Shown: piece after piece, positions 47,510-56,717 of the stretch
How positions within the stretch are numbered: the first letter of the stretch is position 1
Layout of the letters: each line of letters opens with the position of its first letter
Assembly: GCA_050945855.1 (NCBI GenBank)
Contig: JBMNTS010000002.1
Location: forward strand, 6,480 to 70,479
Direction: 5' to 3'
DNA length: 64,000 nt
Source of the DNA: Christensenellales bacterium
Lineage (GTDB): Bacteria > Bacillota > Clostridia > Christensenellales > DTU072
Position numbers and translations under genes: made by a program
The notes under the pieces: model-generated
Databases searched by the model: none
Seen by the model: the letters and a program-made list of their open reading frames with translations, nothing else
Told to the model about the DNA's origin: nothing

Positions 47510-48166
47510 ATGTTAGTAAACGCTATCAGGGCAGTTATTATTTATTCCCTTCTGATAATGGGCTTCCGCCTTATGGGCAAAAGGCAAATCGGGGAGTTTC
47601 AGCCTTTTGAGTTTATCATTACTCTTATGATAGCGGAGCTTGCTTCCGTGCCGATGACGGATATTTCCATACCCATCATTTACGGCCTGGTGCCTATATT
47701 TGTGATTTTTGTTATGCACCACGCCATTACGCTTATCGGCAACAAATGGCAGGGCTTTAGAAAAACGGTCAACGGGTCGCCGCAGATAGTGATTAACGCG
47801 GACGGAATTGACAGCGCGATGCTCAAAAAGCTGAATATGAACGTAAACGACTTGCTGGAAGCAATAAGAGGACAAGGCTACTTCAGCATTGAGGAAGTAA
47901 AATACGCGATTGTGGAAACCAACGGCAAAGTAAGCGTGCTGCCCAACAGCGACGCTAATCCCCCTTCGGGCATTCCCATTACGCTTATAGTCAATTCCCA
48001 ATACATTGAGGATAATTTCGCCCTTGCCAACGTAGATAAAAATGCGGTGGAAAGCATACTCGCCAAAAGCAATCTTACCTTGAAAAACGTATTGCTGATG
48101 AGCAAAAAGGACAACGGCTTTTTCCTGCAGCCTTACGGGGAAAAGTACTTTACGATAGGGGGATGA
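47510..48166 (+). CDS. DUF421 (YetF-like) membrane protein
   Basis: 218 aa. AIRAVIIYSLLIMGFRLMGKRQIGEFQPFEFIITLMIAELAS is the DUF421 N-terminal signature, followed by a C-terminal YetF-type soluble domain. Confidence 0.75.
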   Translation: MLVNAIRAVIIYSLLIMGFRLMGKRQIGEFQPFEFIITLMIAELASVPMTDISIPIIYGLVPIFVIFVMHHAITLIGNKWQGFRKTVNGSPQIVINADGIDSAMLKKLNMNVNDLLEAIRGQGYFSIEEVKYAIVETNGKVSVLPNSDANPPSGIPITLIVNSQYIEDNFALANVDKNAVESILAKSNLTLKNVLLMSKKDNGFFLQPYGEKYFTIGG

Positions 48167-48167
48167 A

Positions 48168-48530
48168 ATGGTAAGAAACATCGCCGCTATAGTCGCGGTA
48201 GTGATAATAGTAGCGGGGGGAATAGCCTTAGAAATCTATATGGAGCACACTCTGGATAAGCTGGAGGAGCATATCACGGCTATAGAAAAGGACGGACAAT
48301 TTTCTTTGGAAAAGGCTGAGCAAGCCATGGATTGGTGGGATAAAAAGACCAAAATACTCGCTATGTTTATATCCCACGACCCTTTGCACGAGATTGACGA
48401 TTACCTTGCGGAAATCAAGGGCGCGATAATATTTGACCCGCAGTCCGCGCGCCCCGCTCTGGAAAAAGCGTTGTCCGCAAAAGATAATATGCTGGATCAG
48501 CATAAACTGTCTTTTTCCAACATTTTTTAA
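48168..48530 (+). CDS. DUF4363-family protein
   Basis: 120 aa. One TM helix plus a helical domain (WWDKKTKILAMFISHDPLHEIDDYLAEIKGAI). It starts 1 nt after the DUF421 gene, which is the usual pairing. Confidence 0.65.
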   Translation: MVRNIAAIVAVVIIVAGGIALEIYMEHTLDKLEEHITAIEKDGQFSLEKAEQAMDWWDKKTKILAMFISHDPLHEIDDYLAEIKGAIIFDPQSARPALEKALSAKDNMLDQHKLSFSNIF

Positions 48531-48640
48531 GCAAAAACCAATTCGGCATTATATATTAGCCTTTTAACCAAAGAGCTATTGATTTTGGCGTACGGGTATG
48601 TTATACTGTTATATGTAATCCTATAATATGTGGAGTTATT

Positions 48641-49384
48641 ATGAAAAAAACGTATTCCATTTTCATATTGATAATTGTATTAGTTCTGGCGGCGTTATCG
48701 CTTGCGGGTTGTTCTCCCGAGCCTAAAACCATAAAAGAAATATACATAGTCAGCTCCGTAGGTCAGGATGTTCAGATAGGCGATTTCGATATCGCCAATT
48801 ATCGCATCAGATTGATAATGACGGACGGCACGGATAAATACGTTACCGTAAAGCCCAATATGATAGTCACCGACCTTGCCGTTTTTGAGGAGCTTGGCGC
48901 GCATACTCTTACTTTAATTTACAACAACACCACCCTTTTGTATCCGATCAACATCGTGGAGAGAATGTTTGAGGTCACCTTTGAGGTAAACGGCGGAAGC
49001 GCGCTTGCCCCCAGAGCGACGGCTAAGCTTATGGAGCGGCCTTTGACCTCTAAAGAGGGTTATAAGTTTGCGGGCTGGTACGATAACGAAAATTTTGAAG
49101 GCTCTCAAATTCTCTTCCCCTTAAGCGTAACCGAGGACAGGACTTTATACGCCCGCTGGGTAGAAGATTTTGTATCCGTTTATCAGGTAACCTTTGATTA
49201 TAATTACGACGAGGCAATACTGTATACCCCGCAGCTGATTCCGCAGGGAGAAAAAGTGATAGCCCCCACATTTTTGACCAGAGAGGGCTATACGATTTCC
49301 GGCTGGTATCTTGACAATACCTTATGGGATTTTGAGGAAGACACCGTAAGCGGCAACATTACCCTTCTTGCGATGTGGGATTAA
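48641..49384 (+). CDS. lipoprotein with one Ig-like module and two Listeria-Bacteroides (InlB B-repeat type) repeats
   Basis: Signal peptide and lipobox LAALSLAG|C. Two copies of the xVTFxxNGG...REGYxFxGWY...TLYAxW pattern (FEVTFEVNGGS...GYKFAGWYDN...TLYARW and YQVTFDYNYDE...GYTISGWYLDN...TLLAMW). Confidence 0.75.
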   Translation: MKKTYSIFILIIVLVLAALSLAGCSPEPKTIKEIYIVSSVGQDVQIGDFDIANYRIRLIMTDGTDKYVTVKPNMIVTDLAVFEELGAHTLTLIYNNTTLLYPINIVERMFEVTFEVNGGSALAPRATAKLMERPLTSKEGYKFAGWYDNENFEGSQILFPLSVTEDRTLYARWVEDFVSVYQVTFDYNYDEAILYTPQLIPQGEKVIAPTFLTREGYTISGWYLDNTLWDFEEDTVSGNITLLAMWD

Positions 49385-51195
49385 GCATTGTCAAAAAGGC
49401 AATGTATCTGCAGCAAATGACCGTATAATTGCGGGGCCGCCATAAGCTGCCCGAACCACGGCAAGCCGTAATCGGAGGGGCTGCTCATCAATATCTTAAG
49501 TTTTTCCATATCGACAGCGTCTTTGAGGATGCTGTCTTTTTTTAGCGTTTCCTTAAGCATTTCCTTGATAACCGCCTCGTATTTCGGGTTGAAAGTTTTA
49601 GGATATGGGCTCTTTTTACGGTTGATAACCGCTTCCGGCAATTCGCCCGACACAGCTTTCCGGAGCATGCCCTTTTCTCTGTTGCCCAGCAGTAATATCT
49701 CGGGCGGAATATTGTATACATACTGCGCTATATCCGGAGTGCAAAACGGCACTCTGACCTCAAGGTGCGAAAACATGCTCATTGCGTTAGAGCGCTCCAG
49801 CAATGTCGCCATAAACCAGTACAGGTTGAGATACTGCAATCTCCTGAACCGCGCGGTCCTCTCGTCCGCATTATCTGGCAAGGGCGCTTTGGCGGCAGCC
49901 TCAGCAAATCGCTCCTGCACGTATTGGTCAATTTTATATTTCTTCTTAAAATCGTCTTTTAAAATATAAGAGCGGATATTGTCCTGCTTCATCCACGGAA
50001 AAGTGGACAGGCTTTCGTTTTTCATATACCACGGATAACCGCAAAAGATTTCGTCCGCGCATTCTCCCGAAAGGGCTACCTTGTGAGAGCGCGCTATTTC
50101 CTTGCAAAATAACAGTAGAGAGCCGTCCACGTCCGCCATGCCCGGCAAGTCACGCGCAAAGGCCGCCTCAATTACGCTTTGCGCAAGTTTTGCGCCGCTG
50201 TCCGCGATGTAGGATTGATGAATGCTCTTGCAATAATCGGACATAAGCAGAATAAAGGCGGCGTCCGAATCGGGCTGGTATGCCGTGCGCTCAAAATATT
50301 TGTCGTTGCCCTCGTAATCTATGGAAAAGGTGGACAGCCTGTCTCCGCTTTGCTCCAGTTTTTTGGCGGCGACGGCGGCTATAATGCTGCTGTCCAGCCC
50401 GCCGCTCAATAGGGCGCAGCCCTCAGGCGTTACCTGACTTTCTATGGAATCCAGCACCAGCGCTCTTACCTTTTCGACAGTGTCCTCCGCGCTGTCCTTA
50501 TGCTCGCGCGCCTCCAGCCTCCAGTATTCCCTCCGTTTTAATCCGTCCGCACTGAAAATCGCGTATTCTGCCGGGAGCAACTCTCCAATGCCTTTATAGA
50601 TACATTCCCCCGCCGTTCTGCAAGGCGCAAGCCCGAATATCTCCGCGTATCCCACCTCGCTTATTTCCTTATTGATTCCCGCCGCGAAAAGCCCTTTTAT
50701 TTCGCTGGAAAATATAAGGCTGTCCCATTTTCGGGCGTAAAATAAAGCTTTTATCCCCAGATGGTCTCTGGCTAAAATAAATTGCCTGTTTTCTTTGTCA
50801 TAAATAACAAACGCGAAATTCCCGCTTAATTCCTTAACGCATTCCACGCCCCGGGCATAATATAACAACAAAATTGCCTCGGCGTCGGATTCCGCTTGCC
50901 GCAGGCCGGATTTGGCTATTTCAAAATCCAGTTTATCTCTGTTGAATAATATCCCGTCCAATACTATCGCGTACTCTCTGCCGCCTATAGACAGCTTAAC
51001 GGAGCACTCCTGCAAAGCGTCCTCCGCCGTGCTAAGCCCCGCCTGTCCCATCAGCGCGTAATCCTCAATATACGCGCCGGTATAATCCGGCCCCCTGTGC
51101 CTGACCGATTGCAGCATATTGTATACGCAATAAATATTTTCTGTCTTTTTTCCTATTTTTTCCTTTGCGTTTATAATTCCTGTTATAGCGCTCAT
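49381..51195 (-). CDS. asparagine synthetase B-family protein with a degenerate N-terminal glutaminase site
   Basis: 604 aa. The synthetase domain is intact (PP-loop ALLSGGLDSS; LSGECADEIFCGY). The N-terminus reads MSAITG rather than MCGI. The start is well supported by a GGAGGA SD 7 nt upstream. Confidence 0.8.
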   Translation of the reverse strand: MSAITGIINAKEKIGKKTENIYCVYNMLQSVRHRGPDYTGAYIEDYALMGQAGLSTAEDALQECSVKLSIGGREYAIVLDGILFNRDKLDFEIAKSGLRQAESDAEAILLLYYARGVECVKELSGNFAFVIYDKENRQFILARDHLGIKALFYARKWDSLIFSSEIKGLFAAGINKEISEVGYAEIFGLAPCRTAGECIYKGIGELLPAEYAIFSADGLKRREYWRLEAREHKDSAEDTVEKVRALVLDSIESQVTPEGCALLSGGLDSSIIAAVAAKKLEQSGDRLSTFSIDYEGNDKYFERTAYQPDSDAAFILLMSDYCKSIHQSYIADSGAKLAQSVIEAAFARDLPGMADVDGSLLLFCKEIARSHKVALSGECADEIFCGYPWYMKNESLSTFPWMKQDNIRSYILKDDFKKKYKIDQYVQERFAEAAAKAPLPDNADERTARFRRLQYLNLYWFMATLLERSNAMSMFSHLEVRVPFCTPDIAQYVYNIPPEILLLGNREKGMLRKAVSGELPEAVINRKKSPYPKTFNPKYEAVIKEMLKETLKKDSILKDAVDMEKLKILMSSPSDYGLPWFGQLMAAPQLYGHLLQIHCLFDNA

Positions 51196-51235
51196 TTAAT
51201 TTTCCTCCGTAGTTTATTCTATGGCTGCGCAATTC

Positions 51236-51263
51236 ACCACGTGAAAGATAATCTCATAGTATG
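51236..51263 (+). promoter_or_regulatory. possible sigma-K-type sporulation promoter for dpaAB
   Basis: AC (51236-51237), 17 nt, CATAGTATG (51255-51263), compared with the low-information consensus AC-17-CATAnnnTA. About 30 nt upstream of the GAGGT SD and ATG 51298. The B. subtilis spoVF operon is sigma-K dependent. Confidence 0.25.
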
Positions 51264-51297
51264 TAATAAATTAATCAAAAAAATCGAGGTCGAAGCA

Positions 51298-52053
51298 ATG
51301 GCTTACAGGTATATGATTTTAGGAGGAGATAAAAGGAGTTACTACCTTAAAAGTATATTACAAAATGATAATAATATTGTTTATGATTTTATATACAATC
51401 CGAATTTTCATGAGGCGGCAAGCTGCCTTGGCAAGATAGATTACCTGATACTGCCCATACCCTGCACACGGGACGGGGAGTACATAACCAACACCAATCT
51501 CCGCTTTTGCGACATTTTGCCCCTTGTGGGCAACGCGGGAGTCTTTTTGGGTTGCAAGGAAAGGATAAATTTTGATTTTGACGCCTATAAAGTTTACGAT
51601 TTAGGCGAAAGCGAAACCTTTAAGCGCAAGAACGCCATACTCACTGTGGAAGGCGTGCTGGCTCTCACCATAAAAAACACTTTGTTTTCCATTCACGGCT
51701 CCGTGATTCTGGTGGCGGGGTACGGCAGAGTGGGCTCTTACCTTGTCAAGCAATTAAAGAGTCTGGGCGCGAAGGTTTACGTTGTGGAAAGGGACGCATC
51801 CAAAACTTCCAAGCTTAAAGGGGTATACGTCGCAAAAAGCGTGGATGAGCTGCCCGGCGATGTTAATTTTGATTTAATCTACAATACGGTAAATGAAAAT
51901 ATACTGGATAAGTACTCCTACACTACAATATTTGACCTTGCCAACGTGTTATGCGGTTACAATATTGTATCAACAAAATCCCTGCCTGCCATTTATTCCG
52001 CCTATTCTTCCGCCAAAATCGTTGCAGAATGCATATATTCGTTTATTAAATGA
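51298..52053 (+). CDS. dpaA: dipicolinate synthase subunit A
   Basis: Start moved to ATG 51298 (MAYRYMILGGDKRSYYLKSIL), which has a GAGGT SD. Rossmann motif VLVAGYGRVGSYL. Followed by dpaB. Confidence 0.85.
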   Translation: MAYRYMILGGDKRSYYLKSILQNDNNIVYDFIYNPNFHEAASCLGKIDYLILPIPCTRDGEYITNTNLRFCDILPLVGNAGVFLGCKERINFDFDAYKVYDLGESETFKRKNAILTVEGVLALTIKNTLFSIHGSVILVAGYGRVGSYLVKQLKSLGAKVYVVERDASKTSKLKGVYVAKSVDELPGDVNFDLIYNTVNENILDKYSYTTIFDLANVLCGYNIVSTKSLPAIYSAYSSAKIVAECIYSFIK

Positions 52054-52062
52054 GGTAGAATT

Positions 52063-52644
52063 ATGGATGTAAAAAATAAAGTAATCGGCTTTGCCCTTAC
52101 CGGCTCCTTCTGTACGCTTGAGAAAGCCGTGGCGCAAATAAAAAAGCTGACGGACGCGGGCGCGGAAGTAATCCCTATGGCTACGGAAAGCGTGCTGACC
52201 ACGGATACGCGTTTCGGCAAAGCCGCCGATTGGATAGAAAGCATTGAGAGTATCACCAATAAAAAGATATGGAGCAGTATAACTCAGACGGAGCCTATAG
52301 GCCCTCAGTCCCTATTGGATATTCTTATTGTAGCCCCTTGCACCGGCAATACTCTTGCAAAAATCGCTCTGGGAATTACGGACAACGCGGTTATGCTGGC
52401 GATTAAAGCGCAACTGAGAAACAGCAAGCCCGTGCTGATTGCCGTTTCCACAAACGACGGGCTGGCGAACAACGCCAAAAACATCGGCGCTCTGCAGGCG
52501 AAAAGAGATATCTTCTTTGTGCCTTACACGCAGGACGACCCCATAAAAAAGCCCAATTCCCTGGTTGCCGTAATGGACGCGCTGTTGCCTGCCGCAGAAT
52601 GCGCGCTGGAGCATAAGCAGTTGCAGCCTATGCTTTACAAATAA
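52063..52644 (+). CDS. dpaB: dipicolinate synthase subunit B (flavoprotein)
   Basis: 193 aa. IGFALTGSFCT...APCTGNTLAKIALGITDN is the flavoprotein (SpoVFB) signature. Confidence 0.88.
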   Translation: MDVKNKVIGFALTGSFCTLEKAVAQIKKLTDAGAEVIPMATESVLTTDTRFGKAADWIESIESITNKKIWSSITQTEPIGPQSLLDILIVAPCTGNTLAKIALGITDNAVMLAIKAQLRNSKPVLIAVSTNDGLANNAKNIGALQAKRDIFFVPYTQDDPIKKPNSLVAVMDALLPAAECALEHKQLQPMLYK

Positions 52645-52645
52645 C

Positions 52646-52672
52646 GGGCAAAAATATCAGACCTTTTTGCCC
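52646..52672. terminator. hairpin between convergent dpaB and metH (bidirectional terminator candidate)
   Basis: GGGCAAAAA-tatcagacc-TTTTTGCCC, a 9-bp stem. It overlaps the last codons and the stop of metH. Confidence 0.5.
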
Positions 52673-55035
52673 TCTTTGAGCTTTGCAAGCACGCCGATTG
52701 CGGCTTGCGGATTTTTGCAATAAAAAATACCGTCTCCCAGAGAGCGGGCAAACTCCTCGCTTAGCACCGCGCCTCCCACCAATATGGTAAGAGAGGGATA
52801 TACCGCCCTGACCTGCTGTATTGTTTTTTTCATATTGTTCATTGTGGTGGTCATTAGAGCGGACAGCCCAAGGTAAGATGGGCGGTATTTTTCTATCGCG
52901 GACAGAATGTCGCTTACGGGCACATCCTTGCCTAAGTCAATAATATGGTATCCGTAATTGCTTATCACCACTTTGGCGATATTTTTGCCTATATCGTGAA
53001 TATCCCCTTCCACGGTGGCGACAAGCATAACCTGCCCGTCCGCCTGCACAAAATTCTTTTCCTTTATCAGATTGAGCATTGCGCTCGCCGCGTCCGCTCC
53101 CGCTATAAGCTGAGGCAAAAATATGCTTTTTTTGTCAAACCTTTCGCCCAATTCGTTGAGGGCGGGGATAATATGCTCGTTAATGACCGTATTGAAATCG
53201 CTTTTCTGCAATTCTTTTTTGACCAACGCCAACCCTATTTTGCCCTGCCCCTGCAGGATGCATTCATAAATGCCGATAGCGTTCTTATCCCGTTTTTCCT
53301 GGGGCAAACCCTGATATTTATTAATATATTTCTGCCAGTTTTTATCCCCGCCCATAAGCCCTTCGTAAGCGTAAGGGTCAAGTTCGGGAGACAGTTTGGG
53401 ATTGACTATGGCAAAGTCCAGGCCTTCCTCCAGCGCCATAGCGTAAAAGGTCGCGTTGATAATCTCTCTGCAGCATAATCCGAAAGAAATGTTGCTTAGT
53501 CCTATTACCGTTTTTACGCCCAGCTCGCTTTTTAACAATCTTAACGTTTTTAAGGTAGTGGCTGCCGCGTCCTTGTCCGCGCTTGCCGCCATGGTTAGCC
53601 CGTCCGCGATAATCCGCTCTTTGGGGATGCCGTATTCGGCCGCTTTATTAAGAATAAGACCTGCCTTTTCCGCCCTGCCTTCCGCGGACGCGGGTATGCC
53701 GCCCTTATCCAGAGGCAATACAATTAGATACGCTCCGTATTTTGCGGCAAGCGGAAGAATCCTGGACATCGAGTATTCGTCCGCGGTTACCGAATTGATT
53801 ATAGCCACGCCGTTATATGCCCGCAAGGCCGCCTCTATAGCGTCCGGCGACGCGCTGTCTATCTGCAGCGGCGCGCGGCATACCGATTGAAGGGACTGGA
53901 TAAGGCTTGTCAGCGTTTCTTTTTCGTCTATATTGGGCATGCCCACGTTGATATCCAGAATTTCCGCGCCCTCTTCCACCTGCTGCGCGCATATATCAAA
54001 GATAGCGTCAAAATCGTTTTCCGCAATAGCTTTTTGCAGCAGCGGCTTGCCGGTAGGGTTGACACGCTCCCCAATTTTGATATGCCTGTCAAAATCCACG
54101 CATTGGAAAGCGGAACATACGCCGTCCGCTCTGTTATTAAAAAGCACGCTTCTTGCTACCGAAGTGCGCGCGACAAGTTCCCTGATATAATCGGGGGTGG
54201 TGCCGCAGCATCCGCCCAGCATGCCTATGCCTTTGTCCGCTATCTTTTCCATATAGCCGCAAAACTCCTCGGGGCCTATGGAATAGTACGCCCTGCCCTC
54301 TTTCAGCTCGGGCAAGCCCGCGTTGGGCTTAATAAATATGGGCTTGTAGGCGTATTTTATAAGTTCCTCGGCAAGAGGCTCCATTTTGTCCGGACCTATG
54401 GAGCAGTTGATGCCTATCGCGTCCGCTCCCATAGCCTGCATGGTAAGCGCAAAAGCCTTGATATGGGTGCCGAAAAACGAGCGTTTGTTCTCCTCAAAAG
54501 TCATACTGCAGAAAATCGGGAAATCGGTGTTCTCTCTGAAAGCCAGATACGCCGCGCGCATTTCCGCAAGGTCGGCAATGGTTTCAATAACTACGCAATC
54601 CAAATTTTTGTCTCTGATTATCCGGGCTTGCTCGGCAAAATACTCGTAAGCCTGCTCCCAATTCATATCCGAATAAGGATAAATCATTTTGCCCAAAGGA
54701 CCGACGTCGTAAGCCACATATGCCCCGAAAGGCCGGGCGGCGCGCGTTGCGTTCTCCACCGCCGCGGTAATGATGGCGGATAAATCCTCCTGCTTTTGCT
54801 TGATGGAGTTGGCGCCGAAGGTATTGGTATAAATGAGCTTGCTTCCCGTCTGCAGATATTGAGTGTGAATATCCTCAATTACCTCGGGGTGGGTAAGGTT
54901 TAACCGCTCCGCCTCCGCCGTGTCAAAGCCCCGCTCTATAAGCATACTGCCCATCGCGCCGTCAAAATACAATCTGTTGTCTTTTATATAATCAAGTAAT
55001 GCGGGTCTGTTCATATTCACCTCAAAATCTGTCAC
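52657..55035 (-). CDS. metH: cobalamin-dependent methionine synthase, short form (Hcy-binding, pterin-binding and B12-binding modules; no AdoMet reactivation domain)
   Basis: 792 aa. N-terminal Hcy S-methyltransferase domain (GGCCGTTP), central pterin-binding domain, and C-terminal B12 motif EGDIHDIGKNI...GLSALMTTT. Confidence 0.88.
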   Translation of the reverse strand: MTDFEVNMNRPALLDYIKDNRLYFDGAMGSMLIERGFDTAEAERLNLTHPEVIEDIHTQYLQTGSKLIYTNTFGANSIKQKQEDLSAIITAAVENATRAARPFGAYVAYDVGPLGKMIYPYSDMNWEQAYEYFAEQARIIRDKNLDCVVIETIADLAEMRAAYLAFRENTDFPIFCSMTFEENKRSFFGTHIKAFALTMQAMGADAIGINCSIGPDKMEPLAEELIKYAYKPIFIKPNAGLPELKEGRAYYSIGPEEFCGYMEKIADKGIGMLGGCCGTTPDYIRELVARTSVARSVLFNNRADGVCSAFQCVDFDRHIKIGERVNPTGKPLLQKAIAENDFDAIFDICAQQVEEGAEILDINVGMPNIDEKETLTSLIQSLQSVCRAPLQIDSASPDAIEAALRAYNGVAIINSVTADEYSMSRILPLAAKYGAYLIVLPLDKGGIPASAEGRAEKAGLILNKAAEYGIPKERIIADGLTMAASADKDAAATTLKTLRLLKSELGVKTVIGLSNISFGLCCREIINATFYAMALEEGLDFAIVNPKLSPELDPYAYEGLMGGDKNWQKYINKYQGLPQEKRDKNAIGIYECILQGQGKIGLALVKKELQKSDFNTVINEHIIPALNELGERFDKKSIFLPQLIAGADAASAMLNLIKEKNFVQADGQVMLVATVEGDIHDIGKNIAKVVISNYGYHIIDLGKDVPVSDILSAIEKYRPSYLGLSALMTTTMNNMKKTIQQVRAVYPSLTILVGGAVLSEEFARSLGDGIFYCKNPQAAIGVLAKLKEGKKV

Positions 55036-55913
55036 GCCTTTTCGCCGTTTATTTCTCTTGCCTTAGGGTATATATTGCTTGCTATTGCGCCTGCCAGCTT
55101 AACGTTGTTCATGGCGTACAGGTGTATCCCGCGCGCGCCGGACGCAAGCAAGCCGTCTATCTGCTCTATGGCGTATTCTATGCCGGCGGCAAAAAGACTG
55201 TCAGCATCGTCCTGATAACGCGAAATCATTTTTGCCAGCTTATTGGGTATCTTCGCGCCCGAAAGGCGCACTATCCTGTTGAGGATATTGGTATTGGTAA
55301 GAGGCATTATCCCCGCCTGAACGGGGGTGGTTATGCCAAGCTTATACATTTGCTCCAAAAGTGCAAAAAAATCATTATTATCATAAAATAACTGAGTGAT
55401 AAAATGCGTTATACCCGCCTCCGCTTTTGCTTTCATTACCCGCAAATCCTGTTCAAAGCTATGGGATTCGCTATGCCCTTCGGGATAGCATGCCGCGCAA
55501 ACGTCAAAGCCCCCTCTGCGCCCGATATACTCTATCAAGTCGGTGGCGTAATGAAAATCCCTCTTTTTGTCCTGCGTATCCGGAGTAAGGTCTCCCCTTA
55601 ATGCCAGAATGCTTTTGATTCCCGCCCTCTCCAGCCTGTCCAAAAGTATATCAATATTGTTTTTGTCCGAATTGATGCAGGTGAGATGCGCAAGCGTGTT
55701 TATGCCGTATTCGTTTTTCATTTTATCCGCTATGGCTACGCTGTCCATACCCGCCGAGGATCCGCCCGCCCCTCTGGTTATGCTTATGTAATCGGGGCCT
55801 AATTCCCAAATCCTGCGCGCGCTGTCCAGAGTGTTCTCCACATTGGAGTCTATCTTGGGCGGAAAAATCTCCACGGACAAGACTATCTTTTTTCCTTTGA
55901 ATAATTCTCTCAT
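55032..55913 (-). CDS. metF: methylenetetrahydrofolate reductase
   Basis: 293 aa. SVEIFPPK, ISITRGAGGS, AHLTC and ILALRGD motifs. There is a 4-nt overlap with the metH start. Confidence 0.9.
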   Translation of the reverse strand: MRELFKGKKIVLSVEIFPPKIDSNVENTLDSARRIWELGPDYISITRGAGGSSAGMDSVAIADKMKNEYGINTLAHLTCINSDKNNIDILLDRLERAGIKSILALRGDLTPDTQDKKRDFHYATDLIEYIGRRGGFDVCAACYPEGHSESHSFEQDLRVMKAKAEAGITHFITQLFYDNNDFFALLEQMYKLGITTPVQAGIMPLTNTNILNRIVRLSGAKIPNKLAKMISRYQDDADSLFAAGIEYAIEQIDGLLASGARGIHLYAMNNVKLAGAIASNIYPKAREINGEKA

Positions 55914-55926
55914 TGATATTCCTTTC

Positions 55927-56589
55927 TTATAACGCCAGTATGGATAACGCCAGAAGCGCCTGTCCCGTATAATACAAAATCAAGTTTATCGCGGAGCCTT
56001 TTTTGGAAAACTTTTTGAAAACCAAAAAGACCAGAATCGCGTCCGAGGCAAAGAACATAGCCGCGCCCAGCGATACCGCCAGAGTAAACAAGGGTGAGTG
56101 ATTGCCCAGATAAATAACCGAAACCGCCTTAACCAGCATTACCGTAATTACAAAAGCGTATCCCGCCACGGGGTAGAGGAATTTTCCGAGGCTGAACTTT
56201 TGCGATTTATAAACATAAAAGGCTATGCACATTATGACCACAATCAATACGGCATCCAGCCAGTGATAACCGAAAACAGCGCAAAAAGCGGACGCGAAAA
56301 AGACGTGACCCAACAAGAACGCCAGTATTGCCGAGATAAAGCGGGTTGTGTTTTTCTTATTCAGTATAAGCACGTCGCCCAAAGTGCACATTACAAACCC
56401 GATAATCATCATTATGGAATAAACGCCGAACCCTTTATAAAGAGCGCCTGCCAGCGCGATACCGATAAAAAGCAAGCTGGTCAGCGTCTTGAAAATCAAA
56501 ATAGGCTTGTTCTCATCCCTGTTTTTGCAGTAAAGCAGAAAACCGAGCGAAACATACATAAGAGCAGTTAAAATTATGGCTGTTGTCAT
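55927..56589 (-). CDS. YhhN-family (lysoplasmalogenase-like) membrane protein
   Basis: 220 aa with about 7-8 TM helices. CTLGDVLIL, AFLLGHVFFASAF and GAAMFFASDAILVF are YhhN-type motifs. Confidence 0.65.
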   Translation of the reverse strand: MTTAIILTALMYVSLGFLLYCKNRDENKPILIFKTLTSLLFIGIALAGALYKGFGVYSIMMIIGFVMCTLGDVLILNKKNTTRFISAILAFLLGHVFFASAFCAVFGYHWLDAVLIVVIMCIAFYVYKSQKFSLGKFLYPVAGYAFVITVMLVKAVSVIYLGNHSPLFTLAVSLGAAMFFASDAILVFLVFKKFSKKGSAINLILYYTGQALLALSILAL

Positions 56590-56615
56590 TTTATCCCTCT
56601 CTTTATAATAAAGCT

Positions 56616-56644
56616 ATTATAGCAGAATGAGCTTTATTATTCAA
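56616..56644 (-). promoter_or_regulatory. sigma-A-type promoter for yhhN-metF-metH
   Basis: Minus-strand TTGAAT (56644-56639), 17 nt, TATAAT (56621-56616), then an AGAGAGGGA SD and ATG 56589. Confidence 0.55.
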
Positions 56645-56683
56645 GCTATTAGCCCTTATCCGCCATTGCACAGTAATGGCTGC

Positions 56684-56712
56684 TCATATTTTTTAATCCC
56701 CTCTCATACATT
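56684..56712 (+). promoter_or_regulatory. sigma-E-like sporulation promoter abutting the TspO-like gene
   Basis: TCATATT (56684-56690), 14 nt, CATACATT (56705-56712), then 5 nt and ATG 56718. There is no SD. Confidence 0.35.
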
Positions 56713-56717
56713 TTAAT

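Noticed and set aside
51097-51297. A 67-codon upstream extension of the dpaA ORF.
   Set aside because: It overlaps the asnB-like gene start and the intergenic promoter region. The DpaA homology and the GAGGT SD begin at ATG 51298.
56590-56717. I looked for a SAM (S-box) riboswitch upstream of the yhhN-metF-metH operon.
   Set aside because: The 128-bp region is filled by a consensus sigma-A promoter about 25 nt from the SD. There is no S-box core and no leader terminator.
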